Notes under the pieces: model-generated
What the model was told of the DNA's origin: nothing
Databases searched by the model: none
Seen by the model: only the letters and a program-made list of their open reading frames with translations
Translations under genes and position numbers: made by a program
Part shown: one piece after another, positions 32,934 to 40,783 of the stretch
Position numbering within the stretch: position 1 is the stretch's first letter
Layout of the letters: each line of letters begins with the position of its first letter
Origin: Candidatus Nomurabacteria bacterium
Lineage (GTDB): Bacteria > Patescibacteriota > Saccharimonadia > Saccharimonadales > Saccharimonadaceae
NCBI GenBank assembly: GCA_031255735.1
Contig: JAIRRY010000026.1
Location: 13,524 to 77,523 of the forward strand
Direction of reading: 5' to 3'
Length of the DNA stretch: 64,000 nt

Positions 32934-35000
32934 TTATTTCCAATTACTATTCACTGGTGTAATATTAGTGCCATAGTAGGTTTGGCGATCACTGTTAGGC
33001 GTGCCTATACTAGATAGCGGCGTATCGTCTTCAAATGTGGGTTCAACAGAGTTATCAGTTTTGGTACCGTAGAACATTCGATAGAACGAATTACTAACCT
33101 CATAGACCGGGGTGGTGCTCTGTTTAATAGTTTTAATCCAGTTAGGAAAGATGGTTTGGCCATTCAGCACCAAATTAGTGTTATCACCATGAGTACTATT
33201 TAGAAAGTGGCTTAAGTTAGTGACGCTTTCGTTATCCTTGAACCAGTCTTTAAGTGGAATGAGATTTATAGGCTGAGTTAAACCTGTGTTACTAGAGTGG
33301 GTATTATAAAGGAAACCGCCTAAGTTAGTAACGCTTTCATTATTCTTAAGCCAATCTTCAAGGGGTGTAAGATCTATAGGCCTAGTTAAACCTGTGTTAC
33401 TAGAGTGAGTGCCGTAAAGAAAGCCGTCTAAGTTATTAATGCTTTCGTTGTCTTTGAACCAATTTTTGAATGGGGTGAGATCTATAGGCTGAGCTAGGTT
33501 AGAGTTGCCACTATGAACGCTACCCAGAAAATTACTCAAACTTATGATGCTTTGGTTGCTAGTGAACCAATCTTTTAGCGGAGTGAAATCTATGGGCCGA
33601 GCTAGGCCGGAATCACCACCATGGAGGCTAACCAAAAAGTGACCTAAGTTAGTAATATTTTCGTTGCCACTAAACCAATCTTTGAATGGGGTGAGATCTA
33701 TAGGCTGAGTTAAACCTGTGTTACCAAAGTGGGTGCCAACCAGAAAATAACTTAGGTTAGTGATAGTGCTGGGTAGCACATAATTACCCAGAAAGGTGGC
33801 TGGAGCAGTAAGATTTATACAATCACGAAATATGTCTGAAAACATAAGCGAAGCATTAGTAGTAGATTCGGAAGTTTTAGGAGCAAAAGCCAAAGTGGTT
33901 AATGGGGCATCTATAGAAATCAGTTTGGCCCTATTAACAGCAGCGTTAGCAACACCAACAACGACACTTGGGTGCCCAAAAGCATTACCCCAACCTGGCA
34001 AAGAAGCGCCTTCGTGAGCAGTGATTTTAATTTGATGTTGGCCGTTAGTAAGGTTAGTTAAAGCTATGCCATCAGCATTAGGAAGGGTAATGCCGCTCGT
34101 TCCCTTACAGTTTCCATCAACACAAGGGCCTGATAGTGTTGCGGCGTTGCTAGCTGTTACTGGTTGGTTATCAACTTCTACATCCCAATCATAAACGTGG
34201 TTCATGTTAGCTACTCGCCCACTGGTTGGAATATTATAGTTGCCATCCGTAGTATTGATAGTAAAGAGGATTTGCTCGTTGCGGTAGTCATATTGAACCT
34301 GATAAACCAACTCTACAGTGTAATCACCAATTGGAGTTTCGCTATTTATAACAAGACTAATAGGTAAAGCTAGCGCGTTTGTACCAGTAGTGGCGCCAGA
34401 GTTAGTATAGATGTCTTGGGCAGTTGAGGTTAGTGAAACCTCGTTAACTACTAATTTTATATGCTGGCCAAAGATAGGGTTAGGGTTATTTAACCAAGAG
34501 GCCAAATAATAAGGAAGAGCTAAGTCGTTTTTAGTGTTTAGGCTAGCACCTAGGGAAGCCGTAATATTGGTGCCGGAAGCGCCCGATTGATTCTTGTCTA
34601 TGGTAACGTTTATAGTGCTGTTATTTACCGTTACACAGATAGGCTCTGTGCAGGTATCATCAGCAAAAATATTTGTAGACACCAAAAAAGCTGGAGTGAA
34701 GATTAGGGCAGCTATACCACCACGAACTAACCTACTAACAGTTGGCGGTGGCGAAAAGCGCCCAAGTTTCAAAGCCATAGGTAGGCGTTTACAACTTAGC
34801 TTTCGGATAAGCCACGGAGTAAATTTAAAAGCTACCAGCAGAGAGATAGCAAGTAATATAGCAGCTAGTATAATGCTAGTGATATTGCCAGTTAGCCAGT
34901 TGGTAGCGTCTGGTATCAGATTACCAGTATTAGGTGAACCCGGAATTTGTGATTCTACAACCTTGATATTGACGTTTTGAGTAGCTTGTTCAAATGGCAT
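32934..35000 (-). CDS. surface protein with 36-aa tandem repeats (LRR/BspA-like)
   Basis: 688 aa with an N-terminal TM. There are five and a half repeats of NLxxFLxxxHxxNxGLxxPIDLTPxKDWFxxNESxT. Confidence 0.7.
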   Translation of the reverse strand: MPFEQATQNVNIKVVESQIPGSPNTGNLIPDATNWLTGNITSIILAAILLAISLLVAFKFTPWLIRKLSCKRLPMALKLGRFSPPPTVSRLVRGGIAALIFTPAFLVSTNIFADDTCTEPICVTVNNSTINVTIDKNQSGASGTNITASLGASLNTKNDLALPYYLASWLNNPNPIFGQHIKLVVNEVSLTSTAQDIYTNSGATTGTNALALPISLVINSETPIGDYTVELVYQVQYDYRNEQILFTINTTDGNYNIPTSGRVANMNHVYDWDVEVDNQPVTASNAATLSGPCVDGNCKGTSGITLPNADGIALTNLTNGQHQIKITAHEGASLPGWGNAFGHPSVVVGVANAAVNRAKLISIDAPLTTLAFAPKTSESTTNASLMFSDIFRDCINLTAPATFLGNYVLPSTITNLSYFLVGTHFGNTGLTQPIDLTPFKDWFSGNENITNLGHFLVSLHGGDSGLARPIDFTPLKDWFTSNQSIISLSNFLGSVHSGNSNLAQPIDLTPFKNWFKDNESINNLDGFLYGTHSSNTGLTRPIDLTPLEDWLKNNESVTNLGGFLYNTHSSNTGLTQPINLIPLKDWFKDNESVTNLSHFLNSTHGDNTNLVLNGQTIFPNWIKTIKQSTTPVYEVSNSFYRMFYGTKTDNSVEPTFEDDTPLSSIGTPNSDRQTYYGTNITPVNSNWK
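33170..33770. repeat. 108-bp in-frame tandem repeat array (about 5.5 units) inside ORF 32934-35000
   Basis: TATAGG recurs at 33267 and 33375 and continues with the same period through about 33700. The units are diverged but alignable. Confidence 0.85.
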
Positions 35001-35186
35001 GCTAGGCGTAGCCCTCCTTTTTCCTCGCTATGATATATAATGATATGTTAGTTTCTTATTACGCACTCTACTAACACTAAGTATACCCTACTCATATTGA
35101 GGGTGTAATAGAAAGGTGTGAAAAACCTGTTTAGTTGGTAAATGTGAAAGGGTGTGACGAATTGCCCACCTCATTTATAAAGTCGT

Positions 35187-35897
35187 TTAGTCTAGTTTCG
35201 CATTAGTGTGTACATTAGTTACGTCGTCTAGATCGTCGAGCGCGTCTAAAATCTTCAAAATCTTGTTTTTGGTTTCTTCATTTGCAACTTCAACTTCGCT
35301 ATTCGGTACATATTGTAGCTCGGCGTCTTTAACTTTTAAACCAGCATCGAGCATTTTTTTGCGTACGGGCATAAGTTCTTTGTCGATGGTGTAAACAATC
35401 GTGTCGCTACCCTCTTCTACTGCGTCTTCGGCGCCAGCGTCTAGAATGGCAAGGAGCGTATCTTCGCCGCCACCTTCAACGGTTACCACGCCCTTACGAG
35501 TAAACTGAAACATCACGCTGCCAGGGTCGGCAATGCGACCGCCATTTTTAGTAAGCGCCGTGCGAACCGCGGGCATAGTGCGGTTTTTATTATCGGTAGC
35601 AGTTTCTACAATAATACCAACGCCACCAGGGCCGTAGGCTTCATATATATCTTCAGTGAGCGTAGCAGCATTCTTATCGGCCACGCGAGCGATAGCGCGT
35701 TCAATATTGGCATTCGGCATATTAGCCTGACGCGCTTTTTCAATGATCATAGCCAAAGTTGGGTTCATAGTAGGGTCGATGCCACTACGCGCAGCGATGG
35801 CAATTTGGTTACCAATTTTAGTAAAAACTGCGCCACGTTTAGCATCGGTAACAGCTTTTTGACGTTTGATGGTTGACCATTTGCTATGTCCAGACAT
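35187..35897 (-). CDS. YebC/PmpR family DNA-binding regulator
   Basis: MSGHSKWSTIKRQKAVTDAKRGAVFTKIGNQI is the family-defining N-terminus. Length 236 aa. Confidence 0.9.
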   Translation of the reverse strand: MSGHSKWSTIKRQKAVTDAKRGAVFTKIGNQIAIAARSGIDPTMNPTLAMIIEKARQANMPNANIERAIARVADKNAATLTEDIYEAYGPGGVGIIVETATDNKNRTMPAVRTALTKNGGRIADPGSVMFQFTRKGVVTVEGGGEDTLLAILDAGAEDAVEEGSDTIVYTIDKELMPVRKKMLDAGLKVKDAELQYVPNSEVEVANEETKNKILKILDALDDLDDVTNVHTNAKLD

Positions 35898-36000
35898 AGT
35901 AAAACCCTTTCTCTATTGACTTTTTATGGCGTTTATGCTAACATAACAGCATGCCTTAAGCGGCCGCTTAGTTTAGTGTTGCCGTAAAATAAAAACAATG

Positions 36001-36077
36001 TGGTGGGGCTAGTAAGACTTGAACTTACGGCCTCACGAATGTGAATCGTGCGCTCTAGCCAACTGAGCTATAACCCC
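36001..36077 (-). tRNA. tRNA-Val (anticodon CAC)
   Basis: Reverse complement GGGGUUAUAGCUCAGUUGG...CACGA-UUCACAU-UCGUG...GUUCAAGUC...UAGCCCCACCA. Confidence 0.9.
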
Positions 36078-36109
36078 GCGCTCACATCGCCGCTACCATC
36101 TTACCACAA

Positions 36110-36127
36110 TTACAGATACCGCGTCGA
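36110..36127. repeat. 18-bp direct repeat, left copy (displaced copy of the dinB 3' end)
   Basis: TTACAGATACCGCGTCGA is identical to 37128-37145. Confidence 0.9.
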
Positions 36128-36160
36128 GTTATAAACAGATCCGCTTATGCTTGATAATTA

Positions 36161-36169
36161 CCCCCCCCC
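36161..36169. repeat. C9 homopolymer tract
   Basis: Nine consecutive C residues lie just downstream of a TGATAAT box (36152-36158) and upstream of the ATG at 36235. Confidence 0.9.
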
Positions 36170-36234
36170 GTGAGAAGATTCTAGGGTCAGATATCGGTAT
36201 CGTATTTTTACATCGAAAGGAAGGTGGAATACTT

Positions 36235-37038
36235 ATGTCAAATATCCTAAGCCCTAAAGACCGCATCGTGGTAGCCCTTGACTACAAGGACCCCAACGAT
36301 GCCAAAGCAGTTATTGACCAACTTACAGCTGGAACTTTCTTCAAGATCGGCATGCAACTCCTATTCGACGTCGACCCCGTGACTGGTGTAAGCCAAGGCT
36401 TCGCACTGGCGCACTACGCTAAAGCCCGGGGGTCTAAGTTGTTCATCGACGTTAAATTCGGGAAAGACACGCCGGAAACTATCAGAGGCGCAGCGTACAA
36501 TCTCTGCAAAATTGCAGACTTCATCACTGTACATGCGCGCTCAGGAGTTGACTACCTGAAGAACGTTCAGGAAGGCATTGCGTCGTATGCCGCAGACAAC
36601 CCTGACATGCCAGTTCCCACAGTTCTTGTTGTCGTCATCTTGACGTCGGAGACTGAGGAGAGCCTGCACAGTCAAGGCTACACTGGAACATACGATGAGA
36701 TTTTCGACGGTTTCTTCCGTATTGCCATTGAAGCCGGCCTGAGCAACTTCATCTCGCCAGCTAACCAGATTGCCAAGATTCGAACAAAGCTGGACAAACT
36801 TGGCAAAGACGGCGTGATCATCTCGCCGGGCATGAAATTGACAGGCGGGAAGGCTAATATCGGCCAGGTGAGCACCGGCACATTCAGGGGTGCAATCGCC
36901 GCTGGAGCCGACTATGCCGTAGCTGGTAGTGGCATAAAACCAGAGAGATCTGGGCTACCATCGTTCCAAGACGGCCTAGACGCGGCTGTAGAAGAAGTTA
37001 GGCAAGGCTTAGCAGACCTAGGAGGTGACAAGCGGTGA
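36235..37038 (+). CDS. orotidine-5'-phosphate decarboxylase family protein (divergent PyrF/KGPDC-like)
   Basis: Motifs IVVALDYKD, FKIGMQLLF, FIDVKFGKDTPETI (D-x-K-x-x-D), ITVHA, IISPGMK and AAGADYAVAGSGI. RBS GAAAGGAAGGTGG lies before the ATG at 36235. The track ORF starts at a TTG at 36151. Confidence 0.65.
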   Translation: MSNILSPKDRIVVALDYKDPNDAKAVIDQLTAGTFFKIGMQLLFDVDPVTGVSQGFALAHYAKARGSKLFIDVKFGKDTPETIRGAAYNLCKIADFITVHARSGVDYLKNVQEGIASYAADNPDMPVPTVLVVVILTSETEESLHSQGYTGTYDEIFDGFFRIAIEAGLSNFISPANQIAKIRTKLDKLGKDGVIISPGMKLTGGKANIGQVSTGTFRGAIAAGADYAVAGSGIKPERSGLPSFQDGLDAAVEEVRQGLADLGGDKR

Positions 37039-37097
37039 GTCGACCTCCACCCTAACCATTCTACGGTATAGATACCAGAATGTCCAACGCACCTTGC

Positions 37098-37129
37098 GCG
37101 GGCCCCTTTACGGGGCCCGCTTGCTTTTT
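37098..37129 (+). terminator. intrinsic terminator at the end of the inserted cassette
   Basis: GCGGGCCCC-TTTAC-GGGGCCCGC followed by TTGCTTTTT. Confidence 0.7.
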
Positions 37130-37145
37130 ACAGATACCGCGTCGA
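37128..37145. repeat. 18-bp direct repeat, right copy (encodes the last residues and stop of dinB)
   Basis: TTACAGATACCGCGTCGA. The reverse complement encodes STRYL followed by the stop. Confidence 0.9.
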
Positions 37146-38399
37146 ACCGAAGGGTATTTTGGCCTTCACTCGCACATTAGTTTGCAAAGTTTCAGCCGAG
37201 TGGATGGTGCGTGCGCCAAAACGTAAGTTAATATCGTCAACCGCCGACGTGACTAATTGCTCACGTGCCAATTTATCGCCAAATAGGCTAAGTTGCTCGT
37301 CGGCCGGCTGGCAAATACCATAACAGGTTACGCCAATTTCGCGAATATCACCTGGTGCGTTTGCAAATAGCTGCTTGGCAATATGCCAAATTGTTTGGGT
37401 AGTATAAAACGGTAGCGAAGCCATGTGACAGCGGTGCCAGTAACCGTTACAGTGAGTTTTGGCGTAGACATACACGCCACGTGCCTGCCTGTTCTTCAGC
37501 CGTAATTTCGTACCAACTTCTTCGGCTAAATGGAGTAACCGCTGTAGAACCTGTGTGTAGGTTAGGTGCCTACTTTCCAAAACATATTGCCGCCCAACTG
37601 ATTTAATGTCGCTTTCGTAATCGTCTACTTCCCAGCCACGAAGACGTTTGAACCATTGCGTTCCACAAACACTTCTAAACACTACTTTACGCAGCGCCTC
37701 TTCGCTAGCTTCCAGAAATTGCAAAGGCGTAAAAATACCAACTGCATTTAACTTAGCAGCGTTAGCCGCTGCGATGCCCGTAAGATCGGTGAGCTTTAGC
37801 GACGCATAAACCTCGCGTAAATTGGCAGGTGTAATTTCGTCCATCCCATCGGGCTTATGCAGCCCAGCCGCAATTTTAGCCAAAAAGCGATTGGTGCTGA
37901 TGCCCACGTTGCAACGCATCCAACAACCAATTTCATCTTTCAACCGACGCTTAATTTCATGGCCAACTTCCCGCAAACTTTTTGCAGGTACCGTACCTGC
38001 AAAAGAGGGCGCGTGGCTGAAGTCTATAATACCTTCGTCGATACTTTTCATCGTCACTTTGGCCGAATAATCGTTCATTATGTTTAATAACTTGTTGTAA
38101 ACGTAGCGATATTTACTCGGCTCGGCTTCAATAAAAATCAGTTCGGGGCAAACCACCAAGGCTTCCAACCGCCGCATTCCAACCTTCACGCCGCGCTCCT
38201 TAGCTTCGTAGCTAGCGGTGATAATTGCCGAGTTTTTGCCAGCTCGATTGCTAATAGCTACTGGCCTGCCGCGTAGCATCGGCCGCGCTTGTTGCTCACA
38301 GGTGGCGAAGCAGCTATTTAAATCTATATGCATGATAAGCGGAGTTGACGCGTTAAATTCGCCTGGCGAACTTTTCGCAGGCTTACTCATAGCGGTCAC
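37128..38399 (-). CDS. dinB: Y-family DNA polymerase (DinB/Pol IV-like)
   Basis: IMHIDLNSCFATCEQ (first catalytic Asp), KSIDEGIIDFS (DE pair) and an HhH-like LTGIAAANAAKLNAVGI. Length 423 aa. Confidence 0.85.
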   Translation of the reverse strand: MTAMSKPAKSSPGEFNASTPLIMHIDLNSCFATCEQQARPMLRGRPVAISNRAGKNSAIITASYEAKERGVKVGMRRLEALVVCPELIFIEAEPSKYRYVYNKLLNIMNDYSAKVTMKSIDEGIIDFSHAPSFAGTVPAKSLREVGHEIKRRLKDEIGCWMRCNVGISTNRFLAKIAAGLHKPDGMDEITPANLREVYASLKLTDLTGIAAANAAKLNAVGIFTPLQFLEASEEALRKVVFRSVCGTQWFKRLRGWEVDDYESDIKSVGRQYVLESRHLTYTQVLQRLLHLAEEVGTKLRLKNRQARGVYVYAKTHCNGYWHRCHMASLPFYTTQTIWHIAKQLFANAPGDIREIGVTCYGICQPADEQLSLFGDKLAREQLVTSAVDDINLRFGARTIHSAETLQTNVRVKAKIPFGSTRYL

Positions 38400-38649
38400 C
38401 CTCGGCCGTTAAGCGCCACACCAACGTTTCGCTATCAAATTCCAGGCGATAATCGGCCGTGCCGTCTGTTACGTCAAAAATATGTCGTGTTTTCAAACCA
38501 TCGTTTTTAGGATGCACTAAACCGACCTCGGTTATAGTCACTTCTCGCCCACTTTTCCGCTTGAATTTAAGTGGCCTGCACGAATGTGCGCCGATTTCAA
38601 AAATCGCCAACACCACCACGCGCTCATCTAGTCTTTCATATTCCATCAA
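38383..38649 (-). CDS. hypothetical 88-aa protein overlapping the dinB start
   Basis: The ORF overlaps dinB by 17 nt. No motif is recognised. Confidence 0.45.
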   Translation of the reverse strand: MMEYERLDERVVVLAIFEIGAHSCRPLKFKRKSGREVTITEVGLVHPKNDGLKTRHIFDVTDGTADYRLEFDSETLVWRLTAEGDRYE

Positions 38650-38817
38650 AAATCTCCAAAGTTAAATTAGAGAAACGCTTTTTGATGTGTCGTCGGTGTT
38701 TTTAGCCCGTTTCTTAGCCAAAAACCTAGGCGACAATTACAGAATCAATGCCAGTGACCGAAGTGTGACAAGATACAACCATTATATCACAACGAATATG
38801 GTATAATACGCTTACGC

Positions 38818-38894
38818 GGCACCGTAGCTCAGTTGGTTAGAGCGCAGGACTCATAAGCCTGAGGTCACAAGTTCGATCCTTGTCGGTGCTACCA
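38818..38894 (+). tRNA. tRNA with CAU anticodon (elongator Met-like)
   Basis: GGCACCGUAGCUCAGUUGGUUAGAGC...loop CUCAUAA...GGUCACAAGUUCGAUCC...CGGUGCUACCA, preceded by GTATAAT. The body resembles elongator tRNA-Met. Confidence 0.85.
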
Positions 38895-39125
38895 AATTAG
38901 AATTTTTGGCGGATTTATCCGTCGATTTATTTGCTTACAGATAAGATTCTATTGTTTCGATGGTTCCGTATCCGATTTTAAAATTATAAAGAATTCTATT
39001 AGAAACAGAAACTGTTGTATTATCTTTAAACGTGGGTAGATGCGCAGTTATGGGAGTGTTCCATGTCTTTTATAAAATTCTTAGCTTTCTATATGGCTTC
39101 ATCAAATATGCGAGTTAATTTAGGC

Positions 39126-39176
39126 AAAACCCCCAACCTTATCCACACTAGTTGTGTGGGGCTGGGGGTCTTTTTT
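39126..39176. terminator. bidirectional hairpin terminator
   Basis: AAAA-CCCCCAACC...CCACAC-TAGTT-GTGTGG...GGCTGGGGG-TCTTTTTT. Confidence 0.55.
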
Positions 39177-39181
39177 GCAAG

Positions 39182-39298
39182 CTAGACTTTGTACTTCTTC
39201 GCAGCCGCCTTACGGAAGGCGGCCGCGAGGGCCGTTCTTTTTTTGTTGGCAGCGATTGCGACCAACAATTTTTTGTCGTAGTTGTTATTGTTTTTCAT
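39182..39298 (-). CDS. 38-aa basic small protein (hypothetical)
   Basis: It falls below the ORF-track length cutoff. AAGGAGAAAAAA precedes the ATG. The translation is MKNNNNYDKKLLVAIAANKKRTALAAAFRKAAAKKYKV. A terminator hairpin lies directly downstream. Confidence 0.4.
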   Translation of the reverse strand: MKNNNNYDKKLLVAIAANKKRTALAAAFRKAAAKKYKV

Positions 39299-39499
39299 TT
39301 TTTTCTCCTTCTAATGCCGACTTGGGGGATTTTCCTCACGCCGGCTTTTGAATACTGTCCTTATGGACAGCGTTGAACATACCGACGATGTGCTCAACGC
39401 TGCCCATAATTGACATTGTACAGAGAAAAAACGATACTAATCTCTTGCTTGCTTATTAATGTGCAAAGACAACTAAGCTTGTATGAGTTTTTTCTTAAG

Positions 39500-39620
39500 A
39501 AAAAACTCCATCTAGATGGAGTAAACAATTTATACTGTTCACGCCCACCGTGATTTCAAACTTTTATACTAATTGCCTTAGGTTCTAGAATCTGTGTTAC
39601 TATAGTGCAACTTTGATTCT
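39500..39620 (-). ncRNA. candidate small RNA / leader transcript, copy 2 of the duplicated module
   Basis: Minus-strand TTGACA (39650-39655), a 17-nt spacer, then TACAAT (39627-39632). About 110 nt follow, then CTCCATCTAGATGGAG (39506-39521) plus U6. The 3' 60 nt or so differ from copy 1 at only three positions. Confidence 0.3.
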
Positions 39621-39790
39621 AAGCCTATTGTATCAAACTTTATTGTTTTTGTCAATAGTTTTTTCATATTATTTACAATTTAGGTACTTTGGGTTGTTGC
39701 TGTAACAGGGGTGATCGTATCTATATATTCCCTTTGACACTCTTATACATCTTATGCTATAACTAAAGGGGGTAGACATAAAATACAAAA

Positions 39791-40498
39791 ATGGACGCGT
39801 TACTTAATTTCAGCATCGTAACCTTGGCGGCACTCATCCACGCCAGTTTTCAGTTAAGCGTAGGCTGCCTGATTTTGCTATTTCACCACAGTTTCGCCAC
39901 CGCAAAAACCCGCGCCCGCAACCGCGAGTTCGTAGGTAGCTATATATCGGGAGCAGGGCTAACTATATTTCTAGTACTTTCTGCCACTTGCTACTGGCTA
40001 GTAGAGAGTTTCGGCTGGGAAGCCCCAAGCTTACTACTGTCGATTGAAGCTGGCCTGCTATTCGTACTCGGCATTATCTTGGTATTCTTTTATTACCGCG
40101 GCAGTAAACATACCGAGCTTTACTTACCGCGCGGCCTGGCTAAGTTTTTAACCGAGAGAATCAAAAAAACTAGCAATAATCACGAGGCTTTCATTTTCGG
40201 CGTGTCAAGCGTGTTGGGTGAATTACCCTTCGTGATCGTCGTAGCATTAGTTGGCGCTAGTGGCATAGTGGCCTTACCAGAAGACCTACGGCCACTAACT
40301 GTATTACTCTACGTATTAATATCAATCTTACCGCTAATCATTATCAGTGTGTCGCTTGGTAATTCTCACACCGTAGGCAGTATCCAAAAATGGCGCGTGC
40401 GCAACAAAACCTTCTTAAAAATTATGGCTGGCTTAGGTGCATTAGTGTTAGGCGCTTATCTGATAGTATTTAAATTGGTGCCTTTGATTGGAATGTGA
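39791..40498 (+). CDS. 6-TM membrane protein (hypothetical)
   Basis: 235 aa, hydrophobic, with Cys residues inside predicted TM1 and TM3. It overlaps the next ORF by 11 nt. Confidence 0.55.
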   Translation: MDALLNFSIVTLAALIHASFQLSVGCLILLFHHSFATAKTRARNREFVGSYISGAGLTIFLVLSATCYWLVESFGWEAPSLLLSIEAGLLFVLGIILVFFYYRGSKHTELYLPRGLAKFLTERIKKTSNNHEAFIFGVSSVLGELPFVIVVALVGASGIVALPEDLRPLTVLLYVLISILPLIIISVSLGNSHTVGSIQKWRVRNKTFLKIMAGLGALVLGAYLIVFKLVPLIGM

Positions 40499-40775
40499 TA
40501 TGGGCCGAACCATAGTTCATCACAACCACAAAAAGCGCGATTTGTTCAAACCTGAACGGCTATTAAACAGCCTGGTTACGTGTGCTTTGGCCAACCGCTG
40601 GCCAGAAGGAAAAGCTAGCGACACCATGACTCACGTGGTGCGCGACGTTGAAAAGTGGCTAGAAAAACGCGCTCTGGTAACCAGTAAGGACATTCGGCGC
40701 GTAGCAGCAAAAAGCTTGGAACGGTTCGACAAAGACTTAGCAGAATCTTATGCTATGGGAGATAAGATAATTTAA
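40488..40775 (+). CDS. stand-alone ATP-cone domain protein
   Basis: The pattern KKRDLFKPERLLNSLVTC...VTSKDIRRVAAKSLERFDKDLAESY fits the ATP-cone consensus (KRdG..e.F...Kl..sl...; t.eeI...v...L......a..Y). Confidence 0.55.
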   Translation: MECDMGRTIVHHNHKKRDLFKPERLLNSLVTCALANRWPEGKASDTMTHVVRDVEKWLEKRALVTSKDIRRVAAKSLERFDKDLAESYAMGDKII

Positions 40776-40783
40776 GGGGATAT

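Noticed and set aside
33170-33770. Regularly spaced repeats that could be mistaken for a CRISPR array
   Set aside because: The 108-bp period is fully in frame inside a long ORF and there are no unique spacers between short repeats. The units are diverged copies of a 36-aa protein repeat. No cas genes are present.
36110-37145. Integron-type gene cassette with attC
   Set aside because: The 3' hairpin is a simple GC-rich terminator followed by a T-run. I could not find the RYYYAAC/GTTRRRY core sites, and no intI-like integrase is in the window. It is reported only as a direct-repeat-flanked insertion.
39152-39376. Two overlapping plus-strand ORFs of 65-74 aa
   Set aside because: They have no RBS and their composition is driven by the opposite-strand poly-A/T runs. 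The minus-strand 38-aa ORF, with AAGGAG and a terminator, explains the region better.
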